Below are positions 1 through 12,325 of a stretch of 64,000 nt of DNA, in pieces. Source of the DNA: Camelus ferus (lineage: Eukaryota); NCBI RefSeq assembly GCF_009834535.1, contig NC_045696.1:96040001-96104000 (forward strand). The letters are read 5' to 3'. Position numbers and translations under genes: made by a program. The first letter of the stretch is position 1, and each line of letters begins with the position of its first letter. The notes beneath the pieces were generated by a model. It saw nothing but the letters and a program-made list of their open reading frames with translations. It made no database searches and was not told the DNA's origin.

Positions 1-483
1 GAATGGATATTCTGGTTTTTTGGACTGTGATGTCCTAAAAGTATCAACTAAGTCCAACTGTTCTATTATGTCATTTAGTATCTCCATTGCCTTATTGATT
101 TCCTGTCTAGAACATCTATCCAGTGATGTTAGTGAGGTGTTAAAGTCTACTATTATTGTGTCCCCATTTCAATTTCTCCCTTTATGTCTGTTAGTATTTG
201 TTTTATATATTTAGGTGCTCCTGTATTGGGTGCATATATGTTAATGAGTGTAATATTCTCTTCATTATATATTGCTCCTTTGATCATTATATATTGTCCT
301 CTTTTATCTTCTTTATGGCCTTTTTTTAAAGTCTATTTTGTCTGATTTGAGTATTGCTACCCCTGCTTTCTTGTCACTTCCATTTGCATGAAATATCTTT
401 TTTTATCCTCTCACTTTGAATCTGTGTGTCCGTCACTCAGTCTCTTGTGGGCAGCATATAGGTAGGCTCTTGTTTTATTATCT
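1..483 (-). mobile_element. LINE-1 fragment (ORF2 5'/endonuclease region, antisense), cut by window edge
   Basis: Typical antisense L1 wording (ttaggtgctcctgtattgggtgcatatatg, gtctattttgtctgatttgagtattgctacccctgctttc, catttgcatgaaatatc). Confidence 0.8.
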
Positions 484-957
484 CTTGGGATAGATGAAAG
501 AAATTTCAAAGTAGAAGTTGATGTGACTGATTAAATCTCGTAGAATGATCATAAGGCATTTCAGTCAAAAGAGAACACTTGATTATTTAGACATGACAGA
601 AATGTTGGCCCTAATGGGTTTGGCTAATTATTATGCACACGCACAATTAAGACCATAAGTGAATGGTGGACTCATTTGGTATTCACCATCAAAAGGCTGA
701 CTTGCAACTAAGCTAGACCAGGCCAAGATACGGTATCATTCATTCATGGCTCTTTCGGTAATAGAGAGAAACTTGGGATTTTCATTATGTCCAAGGACTT
801 ATAAATGGTAATTTATCAAACAGGTTATCTCTTCAAGGACAGCAAAGTTCTCTGAGTCTTAAAACATTAAAATGGAGAAACAGAACTAAATAACAGATAA
901 ATTAATAAAAGGTGACAAACATAAGCATATCATTTAGTTTCCTTAGATAAGGAAACT

Positions 958-1085
958 AACCAATATTTACTGAGTGCCAAATGTATAGCAGTGCTTTCTA
1001 GGCATGGGAAATACAGCAGTGAACCAACCAAAATCATTGTGCTTATGGATATAATATTATGACTGGGTATATAGACAATATCACT
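958..1085 (-). mobile_element. L2 3' end fragment
   Basis: caatatttactgagtgcc...ctaggcatgggaaatacagcagtgaac resembles the antisense L2 tail. Confidence 0.55.
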
Positions 1086-1231
1086 TTTACAAATCAACCC
1101 AAAGACAAAAAAAAAGTAGGAGACTTTCTATCGAACACTAAAATTTTCTAATTGTTTTAAATTCTATCAAAAGCTATTTATCCAAAATGTTCAAATGTTT
1201 ATTCATAAAGCCCAACTGTCCTCTTTTCTAG

Positions 1232-4200
1232 ACATAATAAAATGCAAAAAAGACAGAAGTCCCTCAAATCCTCAGCAGTGTCCACTCTGCATGAACCCCG
1301 GGACCTCTAAAGGGAAGCCGTTGGTTATAGTCCCAGCTGCAGCCTTCCTGTGTACCAAGCCAACCATTGACCCCTCCCTGAAACTGAAGAGCCTGACTGT
1401 TTCGGAAGACAGCAGTTCTGTGTCCATCTCTCCCCAAGATTTCATGGCACCCTTCGGCTCCCTCACTTTGAATATGACAGACCAGTCTGGAAATGAAGCT
1501 AACATGGTCTGCAGTATCCCAAAACCCTCAATGACATCATCCATTGTATTCACTGAAGAAAATGACCACGTCATGCTAAATGCATCATTTGCAACATTTC
1601 TGGCATGTCACCTAGATTACAGTCACATTCAGCCAGTGTGGCAAGTTCTGGCTTTGTACAGCGACTCTCCTCTGATACTAGAAAGGAGCCACTTGCTCAC
1701 TGAAACACCACAGCTCTGCTACAAATATAAACAGGTGGTACTGAAGCCTGAAAACATCTTTACCAACATAGAGGCTGATCTCAGAGCAGATCCCCCTTGG
1801 TTAATGCAAGACCAAATCTCCTTGCAGCTAAACAGAACTGCCACCACACTCGGTACATTGCAGATCCAGTACTCGAGCAATGCTCACATCACTTTACCGA
1901 GGGAAGAGATGAGGCCAGAGAAACATAAATGGACCATGATTTCCAGGGATAACAGTACTAAGCTGGAACACACTGTTTTGGTTGGTGGGACCATTGACCT
2001 AGACTGCCCAGGCCAAGGAGACCCTCCCCCACATTTGGAGTGGCTTCTGGCTGATGGAAGTAAAGTGAGAGCCCCGTATGTTAGTGAGGATGGGCGGATC
2101 CTGATAGACAAAAGTGGAAAACTGGAACTCCAGATGGCTGATAGTTTTGACACAGGCGTGTACCACTGCATAAGCACCAATTACAATGATGCAGACATCC
2201 TCACCTACAGGATTACTGTGGTAGAGCCCTACATAGAAGCTGATCAGGAAAATGGGGCTCACCATACAGTTTTCATTGGTGAAACACTTGACCTTCCATG
2301 CCATTCTACTGGTACCCCAGATGCCTCTGTTAGCTGGGTTCTTCCCGGAAACACTGTGCTCCACCAGTCCTCAAGAGATAAACAAGTTCTTCACAATGGC
2401 ACACTAAAAATACCACAGGTCAGTCAGAAAGATCAGGGTTATTATTGGTGTGTAGCAGCCAACCCATCAGGGGTTGATTTTTTAATTAACCAAGTTTCAG
2501 TCAAAACAAAAGGTCAAAGGCCAGTGGAGCATAATACAGAAATAGATGGATCTGGACTTGATGAGCCCAGTCCCACTGCTCAGCTTAAGGACCCACCTGC
2601 TGCACAGCTCCCCACATCTTCTCCAACGGGAGCTGAGGCTGGAAAACAAATCTTGAATGCAAATAAGAAGTATAAACACAGGGTGTTAACACACCAGCGG
2701 CGTGGACAGTCAACTAGCCAACGTTTCAGGGAGCACAGGAGGCAGTTCCCTCCCTCTGCCCGGAAAGTTGACCCACAGCACTGGGCAGCACTTTTGGAGA
2801 AAGCTAAAAAGACCACCACGCCAGAGAAGGGAGAAAGTACCACAGCAAAGCCATCTCCACCAATCACCCAACTCCTGGAAATACCTGGTGAGGAAGTAGA
2901 CTCCTCAGGCATGCTCCTTCCAGATGAGGAAGCTTCGGTCCTGGCAACAAAAACTCCCAACATTGTAGCAAGGACAGTGACTGTTGATTCCAGAAAATTA
3001 CCTGATAGCCCCGTGACAAGTGCTGGCCCTGAAGTCTCCCCAATTGTGAGTCCCCAGATACTACCACCTGAAAACCCAACAGATTTCAGACCATCTACTA
3101 CTATTAAAACTAGAGCCATGTCCAACAAGATAAACCCAACCACATCAAGCAAAATGCAAGGCACAGCCAGCCAGAATTTGTCTACTGTCTTTGCTCTACG
3201 ATCTGAAGCAACTCAGTTTCAGAATGTTGATTATGTGGGGACAAAAGAGCATTTGCAGAGTGCACCCCCAATAACTGGGGGGGCTACGATCAAAGATGTC
3301 CATATCAAAATGCTTACTAGTGCTAACAGCAAAGCTGACATATTTTTAGCGTCATTCAATGCCACGAACAGTCATCAGACATCTGTACCAAGAGTCGGCA
3401 AACCCAGGAGCAATCACTCCCATTCTCACATTACTCAAAAACTTAGCATCTCTAAGCTCCCTTCGGGCCCATACACTGCTGCTCATTCTCAGTTACAGAT
3501 TCCTAGAAATAGTACAATTAATATGCCACTGTCCAGACGCTTTGGAAGACGGAGGAAAATTTGGAACAGGGGGCGAATTATCGGCCCATATAGAACTCCG
3601 ATTCTCCGACAGCATAGATACAGCTTTGTGAGGCCAACATTGAGAGGTTCTTCTGAAGAAAAGACTACTCCACTTTCAGCCACAGAGCTCAATGTGGGAT
3701 GCCCATCCTGTTCTCCCCGAGAGGGACTCACCACTATTGCAGCAGCACTGCCTTTTCCAAGTTCTCCCCCCATCACCCTCCCCAAAGCTGAAATTGCCAG
3801 AGTCTCAGCAGAAGAATCTACAACTCCAGTCCACAATCCATCATTACTATTTGAGAACAAACCAAATGTAGGTGTTGAGAAAACAACACCCACAATAAAA
3901 TATTTCAGCGCTGAAAGTACCCAAGTGACTCCAACTAGTGCAGTCATGACTCGTGCCCCAACAGTCAGATCTATGGAAAAAATTCGTATGACAAATACTA
4001 GTTACCCAAGCGAGTCTAACACGAGTGAAGCTAAAGGAGACTCAGTGATTGTATCGCCACTTCCAGGTCCCACCATCAAGCCACCCTTGCCTACTACTAT
4101 AGCCATTACAAGATTTTTAAGAAGGAAAATTCCCTGGTATCAGATATTTGTAAATAACCGTATCCAAAAAGAAAAGCTAAAGAATCAGCATAAATTCGGT

Positions 4201-5563
4201 TCCCAAAAAAGCACAGACACGGTGCTTCCTAAAATAGCTCCTGCTTTACCCACAGATAAAGTTTCCGCCTTCCATTCCACAACACTCTCAGCAAGTGTGA
4301 TGCAAAGTCCACCCATAACATCAGCTGCAACTCATCACAGTACCAGTAAAACACACAGTCCTGGGGGGAGCCGAACAGTGAAGGAGCTGCCCTTCCTACC
4401 CGGTTACCCTGCACCTCCTGGTGCCTTAAGTGAAGAATCAAGTACAAATTTCCTATCAATGCAAACAGCCACACTGACAACTGGTCCTACCACCCCTGCA
4501 TCTGTCATTATCAACAAAACCCAAATAGCCAGACCCAGAGCACAAAAAGGACAAGGGGAAAAGGAGCCTCTGAAGAACAGGAATGACCCAAACACCTCTC
4601 CCAGCCAGACTTCTGGGTTCATTACATCCACCACTGTGACACCTCCTGTTCTAACCGCAGCTGAAACTTCAACCAAGCCCACTGTGTCTGCTTTTACTCA
4701 TTCCCCTGTAGACAACATAAAAGAAATGTCAAGCACAATCGGTCTTCATCCAAGACCCTTTAATCTGACAGGTGTAATTGAAGAACCACCCCAGGAAAGT
4801 ACTCAGACTTTGACGAGCACAGCTGCTTCTGAAACCGCTTTGTCCAGCAAACCACATCAGAGTACCACGCCTGTCATCAGACGTGCATCCATGCCACCAT
4901 TCCTAAGCACCAGTGCCACTTCAGTGCCAATTCCCACCTCCCCTCCCTTGAGTAACCAAAGTCAAGTTACTGACAATCTGACAACTCCCATTTTCAGGAT
5001 GAGGACAAGTACAATGGTTGAGCCACATGAATCTTCAAGGTACAATGCTAATCCACAGCAGTCAGCAGCAGCATCTCCCAAAACTCACCCAGATGCCACA
5101 CTCACCATTGGAACCACCTACGTTATTGACTCCATTCTGTTACATTCTACTCCTATGCCGGCACTAATAACAGTTAAACCACAGAATTCTAAGTTGACTC
5201 CCTCTCTCTGGTCAGAAAACCACTTTTGGCGCAAGTCACACCCAGAAATTGCCGGAAAAGGCAAAAAGCCAGTTGTGAGCGTACTGCCTGCTCCAGGTTT
5301 GCCAGAGGACACCACTCATGCATCAAATTGGGATATACAGAAGAATGCAAAAAAAAGTACCTTTGATAAGACATCAGTTCAAAAAACAACAACTTCCAAA
5401 CTCCTTCCCCTTGACTCTTTGTCTAGGAATATATTTGAAAGACCCAGGATCATTGGAGGAAAAGCAGCAAGTTTTACTGTTCCTGCTAACTCAGATGCCT
5501 TTCTTCCTTGTGAGGCTGTTGGAAATCCCAAGCCTACTATCCACTGGACCAGAGTCTCATCAG
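1232..5563 (+). CDS. IGSF10: IGSF10 giant internal exon (4332 nt): end of LRR C-terminal cap, two Ig domains, long S/T/P-rich stalk, start of the C-terminal Ig array
   Basis: Acceptor ttttctag ends at 1231; donor CAG|gtattt at 5564. Open frame DIIKCKKDRS...QCPLC...LDCPGQGDP...DTGVYHC...DQGYYWC...LPCEAVGNPKPTIHWTRVSS; phase 1 at both ends. Confidence 0.95.
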
Positions 5564-6021
5564 GTATTTGAAACTTTCTTTACAGCCAGTCTTCCTTAGT
5601 TACAAAACAAAATACTGTTATGTTTCAGGGTTACATCGCCAAAGTATCAACATGAACATGACATTTATCTAAGACACAAAAACCATTAATACCCTCGTTT
5701 GATACATGCATGGTGTTTTGCTCAATAGAAGGTTTTAAAACATATGTTAAGGCTGTTTTTTTTTGAAATGCTTTGAAAGCAGATCAAAGAAATGTTTGAA
5801 AAAGAGAGAGTGGTCCTTGTGTTGAACCATCTGGCTTTTATATTAACATTGTGGGGATAAAAAAAATCCAGAAATAATTTTAGCAATCTGAAGACTCAGA
5901 TGTATTTGTTCCCAGTAGCCTAACAAAAAGATAGCCTTCCTCTTGAGACTTCCATGTTAACTATCTGTTTTCTGTCTAAACTTTGATGACCTATGCCTAT
6001 AAATTTCTTTCTTCTTATCAG

Positions 6022-6919
6022 GACTTGATTTGTCTAAAAGGAAACAGAATAGCAGGTTCCAGGTGCTCCCCAATGGCACCCTGTCCATACAGAGGGTGGA
6101 CATTCAGGACCGTGGACAGTACCTGTGCTCAGCATCCAATCCTTTTGGCACAGATCGCCTTCATGTCACCTTGTCCGTGGTTTCCTATCCCCCCAGGATC
6201 CTGGAGAGACGTACTAAAGACATCACAGTCCATTCTGGAAGTACGGTGGAACTGAAGTGCAGGGCTGAAGGTAGGCCAAGCCCTACGATTTCCTGGATTC
6301 TCGCAAACCAAACAGTGGTCTCCGAATCATCCGAGGGGAATCGGCAGGCCCTGGTGACATCTGATGGAACGCTGCTCATCCACTTTATCAGCATTTACGA
6401 CCGGGGCTTCTACAAGTGCGTGGCCAGCAACCCGGTGGGCCAGGACTCACTGCTGGTTAAAATACAAGTCGTTGCAGCCCCGCCTGTTATTCTAGAGCAA
6501 AAGAGGCAAGTTGTTGCAGGGACTTGGGGTGGAAGCTTGAAACTGCCCTGTACTGTAAAAGGAACTCCTCAGCCCACCGTTCACTGGGTCCTCTCTGATG
6601 GCACTGAGGTGAGACCATTAGAATTGATCGATTCCAAGTTCTTATTTTCAAATGGGACTCTGTTTATAAGAAACGTAGCCTCTTCAGACAGGGGCACTTA
6701 CGAATGCATTGCTACCAGCTCCACTGGTTCGGAAAGAAGGGTGGTAATTCTTACAGTGGAGGAGCAAGAGACCATCCCCAGGATAGAATTTGCATCCCAG
6801 AAATGGATGGAGGTGAATTTAGGGGACAAATTACTACTGAACTGCTCAGCCACTGGGGAACCAAAACCAAAAATAATCTGGAGGCTACCATCTAAGGCTG
6901 TCGTCGACCAGTGGCACAG
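6022..6919 (+). CDS. IGSF10: IGSF10 penultimate exon (898 nt), I-set Ig domains
   Basis: Acceptor ttcttatcag ends at 6021; donor CACAG|gtaaac at 6920. Reads (G)LDLSKRKQNSRFQVLPNGTL...DRGQYLC...DRGFYKC...DRGTYEC...VVDQWH(R); phases join both neighbours. Confidence 0.95.
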
Positions 6920-8329
6920 GTAAACCATACCTTTGTGTTGAGATTATCTTCTTTATCTATTTAGCTGTACAACTTCTGAAGTGGAAAATGTGATACCGTG
7001 AGGCTAGCAGCACACAGACTCTGCACATAAAAGTAAGTTTTTCTAAAGAGACCTAATCCTTTCAAGAGTAATAGAAAATAATATAAATTATATAAAAACC
7101 AATCTTTTCATATGCCTAACTCTAAGGGCCAACTTCTTACTGAGTTTATGTAATTAAAAAGAATAAAAATCTCATTTGCTCCCATAATAGTGACAGTTTT
7201 AAAATGGCAACTGTGTAAATGTACTCAATCTCTCTCTCCAAAACTAAGAAGGGATTTTGTAATGCAGTCAAGGTTCTGAAGAGACGTACTTCATTATTTC
7301 ACTCTTCAGAGTCTCCTACTGAACATTTTAAATTTTAGAACAATCTGTACTTAACTTATTCTACCCTAAAATTGCAAAACACTTTATGAAAGGTCACAGC
7401 ATTGAGGCCTCCACGAGGTGAAATGTATTTAGGACCACCATCACTCTGACCGTGTCAGACACATATATACACACGCTCTCTAGTATGTTCTGTTATGGGC
7501 ATATTCATCTTGATTTTTATCTGTTTTCTCTATAGACTAATCTTATAAATTATAATTATTACTTTTCAAAGATTATGTAATATTTGCCATTTGCATGCAG
7601 TGATTTTTCATATGACAGAAAACATGGAGGTGAGCATTTCCATTTTATGTATCTATTTATTAATAGAAAACATACATGTAGGAAAAGTTATACATAATAT
7701 GAATTTATGCTTAGAATACTTTTCTAGTGTCAAACTATAAGTAATGGATATAGTTAATGATTTAACTTGTGATCTTTAACTCCAAAGTAAATGTTAATTT
7801 TCAGGTTTTTCAAATAAGTCATCAAAACTGCCTGACTAAATGTTAAAATTGAAATTAATTTAGATTTAAGATTTAAAAATGCTGAGTTATGAAATGTAAA
7901 TTTCAGAAGTCATGTTTATGCTTGTTAGCTAGCTACTATACATATGCCCATTTATGGCATCAAATATTCTCAATGGCTTACCAGTCTTTGTATTTAATAT
8001 TATAATTATAGTCATTATAAGCATTCAGCATTAATGCTGAATGCCACTTCTTTTCTGAAATTAATGCATCTAAAAAAAAATTCTATAGCACATGCTGGCG
8101 ATTCTCGTTTACCCAGAAACTGCTCATTATTCTGTGTAATTTTGAATACAGTTTCACTACCCATGCAGAAACCAATGCAAGAAAAAAAAGCCTACTTGTC
8201 AGCTGAACTAAAAATAGCCTTTTCTGGGTATTTTTTTTTTTTTTTAACCGTCTCAACTCAGCACTAGTGACCTACCTCCACAACTTTTAATATAACTTTT
8301 GTGACCTATGCTTCAGCACAGCATTTGTG

Positions 8330-8492
8330 TTTTCTCTGCTTCAGAACTTTGCTTCTCATGACCTGGGAGCTTGTTACAAGAGGAGAACTTCAGGCTGCAC
8401 CTCAGATAGGCTGAATCAGAATCTGCACTTTAAAAAGATCCCCAGGTTAATCACATGCACAATAAAGTCCAGGAAGTGCTGCTTTAAAAGAC
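8330..8492. mobile_element. MER5-family hAT-Charlie DNA transposon relic
   Basis: acctgggagcttgtta...gaatcagaatctgcactttaaaaagatccccagg is the MER5 core. Confidence 0.7.
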
Positions 8493-8684
8493 TGCAGATG
8501 CTTGCCTGTGCATTAATCTTCATAAACAGTTCTTTCCTCTACTCAGGGAAAACACTTTCAAAAGTAAATTTCCTCTTAAAAATACCACTTTATAAAAGGA
8601 AACAGCTATAGTTCTGTCTCTTTTTATATATTACAACTTCAGATGCATCAGGTTTTTGGGTGGGGGACGGTATTTTTTTTAAGT

Positions 8685-9115
8685 CACTGGCTTTCAAAGG
8701 ATTGTCTGCTCAACCAAGAACATTAGCATCAGTTGAGAACTTGAATCCAATATATGTTTTAACAAGCAATCTGTGTTCTTAAACAGGTGAATTTAGTGCG
8801 CACTCAAGTTTGAGACCAGTTCCAAAACTTAATTAAGCAGTGGGTTCCTGGATATCAGAAACTCTGAACAGTGAAACCAGGAAATATGCATCTTAAATTC
8901 TGATGCAGGTAATGAGGGAACCGCATTGAGAACAAAGATTTAGAGCAGTGGTTCTCAGACTTTGCTGCACATAAGAATCATTTGGACTAAGAGTCCTGAT
9001 ACCAAGGTCACACTCCACGCCAATTAAGTCAGCAATTCTGGAGGTGGGACCCAGGCACCAGTACTATTTCATACAAATGATTTTAATGTGCACCTGGGTT
9101 TGAGAAACAGTGCTC
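8685..9115. mobile_element. Cluster of 2-3 further MER5-family relics
   Basis: ttttaacaag...aagtttgagacc; atcagaaactctg; cagtggttctcagactttgctgcacataagaatca...tttgagaaacagtg. Confidence 0.65.
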
Positions 9116-10259
9116 TTACAAAACATTAGGAAAGGATGACAGCATGATGGCAGTGTAGCATGGTGAAAAGAGCAAGGTACTGAGTCTCTCTAAATACCAG
9201 TTTTTTTCAGCTGTATAGTGGGGGAACTACCTAAAGATTAAAAAGTAAATGTAAAGGCCCTGGTAAGTTTCCATTTCCCTTCATTAAGTGCATCTATTAT
9301 GATCATCTTTCCTTGGTTTATATGCCAGACAAATTCTTTTCAGGCTTGAAGAAAAAAATAAGTAAAAAGAACATCGGCACTTGTAAGTTGTCCTAGAACA
9401 TTCTTCCTACTTACAGTATGTTTGTTGGAAGATAAAAAAAAATGCCTTGAGGCTGTTTGACTTGGTTAGCAGTTATGCTTTGTAAGGTCATCCACACTTT
9501 TCCCTCTTGTTTCTCTGATCAGCTCATGTTGCCAAAAAATTAGAAGAGAAACAAATGGGTGTTTTTGATTGCGTTTTTAGCACTTAAGTTTCCACTAGTC
9601 TTGGAAAAACTAGATTGTTTTACTAGGAAAGATCTGCCATCTGGTGGTTCAAAATGGTAATGGCAGGCTGTGTAGTGGCTTCAGAGAGAAAAATGGTGTT
9701 CATGCGGTTCAATACGATGCAGAGACCAGAGTCACTTCACAGCTGCCTGCAAAGGACACATGCTGTGGCAAGCTTCTAACGAGGCTTACCTTGGCATTTT
9801 ATCACCAAATAACTAATTGTTTAGTTACTAACATCTCCTTAAAAAGTACAATCCAGTATCTTTTCTGAGCAAGTAAATTTGTGTAGAATTTCTTTACTGA
9901 TGTATATCACAAAATGATCATTTGATATGTAAAGTGGTCAAGACAGTCATAGGTCTAGGAAATGGTATTTCTCACATTCTCCTCACGGTTAAAATGTTGT
10001 TTTTTTCTAATAGCCGATGCAAAGGAGATTCATTTGAAGTCCATCTAAGAAATACTACTTGTTTGCACTAAATTACACCTATTCAGTTAATTTCATCTTT
10101 CAGAACAGCTTAAGAGACAGTTAATAAGCCAGTACTGATTTTAATTTCATTGCAGCAGTTTAAGAAAATGTCCATACGCTAACCCTACATAAATGAGACA
10201 ATTTCCCTGCCCCTTGCTAACAGCCGCACACTGAAATCAGTCTCTTTATTCCCCCTCAG

Positions 10260-12170
10260 AATGGGCAGCCGAATCCGCGTCTATCCGAATGGATCCCTGT
10301 CTATTGGATCAGTGACAGAAAAAGATGGTGGGGAGTACTTGTGTGCGGCAAGAAACAAAATGGGGGATGATCTGATCCTGATGCGCGTCAGCCTAAGACG
10401 GAGACCTGCCAAAATTGACCACAAGCAACATTTTAAAAAGCAAGTGTTTCACGGGAAAGACTTCCAAGTCGATTGCAAGGCTTCTGGCTCACCAGTGCCC
10501 GAGATATCCTGGAGTTTGCCCGATGGGACGATGATCAACAACGCCATGCAGGCTGACGACAGTGGCCACAGGACCAGAAGGTTCACACTCTTTGACAATG
10601 GAACCTTATACTTCAACAGAGTTGGGATGGCAGAAGAAGGAGATTACACTTGCTATGCCCAGAACACGCTAGGGAAGGATGAGATGAAAGTCCACTTAAC
10701 GGTAGTAACAGCTGCCCCACGGATCCAGCAGGGTCACAAGACCAGCACGAGAGTCAGGGCTGGAGACACAGCCAGTCTTTGACTGTGAGGTCACTGGGGA
10801 ACCCAAGCCAAAAATATTTTGGTTGCTGCCTTCCAATGACATGATTTCATTCTCCAGAGACAGGTACACGTTTCACACCAACGGGTCTTTGTCCATCAAC
10901 AAAGTGAAACTGCTCGATTCTGGAGAGTATGTCTGTGTGGCCCGAAATCCTGGTGGGGATGACACCAAAATGTACAAACTAGACGTAGTCTCCAAGCCTC
11001 CATTAATCAATGGTCTGTATACAAACAAAACTGTCATTAAAGCCACGGCTGTGAGGCATTCTAAGAAACACTTTGACTGCAGAGCCGAAGGGACACCGTC
11101 TCCTCAAATCATGTGGATCATGCCAGACAATATTTTCCTCACGGCTCCATACTACGGAAGCAGAATCACAGTCCATAACAATGGAACCTTGGAAATTAGG
11201 AATGTGAGGCTTTCGGATTCAGCCGAGTTTATCTGTGTGGCTCGGAACGAAGGCGGAGAGAGCGTGCTAGTGGTGCAGTTAGAAGTACTGGAAATGCTGA
11301 GAAGACCGACCTTCAGAAATCCATTTAATGAAAAAATAGTTGCCCCATCTTGGAAAGGCCACAGCGTTGAATTGCTCTGTTGTTGGAAACCCACCACCTG
11401 AAATAATCTGGATTTTACCAAATGGCACACAGTTTTCCAATGGACCACAAAATTCTCAGCATCTGATAGCAAGCAACGGGTCACTTATCATTTATAAAAC
11501 AAGTCGGGACGACGCAGGAAAGTACCGGTGTGCAGCCAGAAATAAAGTTGGCTACATTGAGAAGCTAATCGTATTGGAAATTGGCCAGAAGCCAGTTATT
11601 CTCACTTACACACCAGGAACAGTTTACTGTATCAGTGGAGACTCTGTATCATTGCACTGCGTCGCTGATGGAAGCCCCAAGCCAAATATCAAATGGACTG
11701 TACCAAGTAGTTACGTAATAGACAGGCCTCAAATTAATGGCAAATACATACTGCATGAAAACGGCACATTAGTCATCAAAGACACAACAGCTTATGACAG
11801 AGGAAACTATATTTGTAAAGCTCAAAATAGTGTTGGCCACGCACTGATTACTGTTCCAGTAATGGTTGTCGCCTACCCTCCACGAATTACAAATCGCCTA
11901 CCCAGGAGCATCCTCACAAGGACAGGAGTGGCTGTTCAGCTCCACTGTGTTGCTCTGGGAGTCCCCAAGCCTGAAATCACTTGGGAGATGCCTGACCACT
12001 CCCCGTTCTCAGCGGCAAACAAAGTGAGGACACACGGAATTCCGCCTTTTCCCCCACGAGGTACTCTAGTCATTCAAAATCCACAAACCTCGGATTCAGG
12101 GATATACAAATGCACAGCAAAGAATTCACTTGGAAGTGATTATGCAACAACGTATATTCAAGTCATCTGA
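10260..12170 (+). CDS. IGSF10: IGSF10 terminal coding exon (remaining Ig domains), interrupted by two +1 frameshifts in this sequence
   Basis: Acceptor ccccctcag ends at 10259. Three consecutive ORFs in successive frames (10261-10782, 10823-11401, 11340-12170) form one continuous Ig array ending ...DSGIYKCTAKNSLGSDYATTYIQVI* (TGA 12168-12170). Confidence 0.93.
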
Positions 12171-12208
12171 CTTAAAACTGCTTGAAAAAAGCCAACATCT
12201 GTACAGAA

Positions 12209-12214
12209 TTTATT
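12209..12214 (-). terminator. MED12L: Candidate distal MED12L polyadenylation signal
   Basis: TTTATT on + = AATAAA on -; further candidates at 12391-12396, 12968-12973 and 13579-13584. Confidence 0.5.
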
Positions 12215-12319
12215 TTTTGGAAGAAGTTTAATCAAAGGCAGCCATAGGCATGTAAATGAATTTGAATACATTTATAATATTAAATTTATAATAGACATGC
12301 AAAAAAAACAGGACTTGTA

Positions 12320-12325
12320 AATAAA
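12320..12325 (+). terminator. IGSF10: Candidate IGSF10 polyadenylation signal AATAAA (ATTAAA also at 12279-12284)
   Basis: First canonical hexamer ~150 nt after the stop, with a T-rich stretch downstream. Confidence 0.55.

Noticed and set aside
1195..1231. ATG at 1195 as the start of a stand-alone 1458-aa protein
   Set aside because: The first 37 nt are intronic (pyrimidine tract plus AG at 1230-1231); there is no signal peptide, and the real N-terminal exons lie upstream of the window
1272..5392. Many antisense and alternative-frame ORFs over the IGSF10 exon
   Set aside because: Shadow ORFs of a long coding frame with no recognisable domains
10216..10259. Upstream in-frame acceptor (ctaacag, AG at 10222-10223) adding 12 aa to IGSF10
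   Set aside because: CTAAC looks like the branch point for the 10259 acceptor, and an AG directly after a branch point is normally skipped
10261..12170. Three separate Ig genes or programmed ribosomal frameshifting
   Set aside because: The ORFs are consecutive parts of one exon; I see no slippery heptamer or stimulatory structure at either break, and single-base insertions explain them
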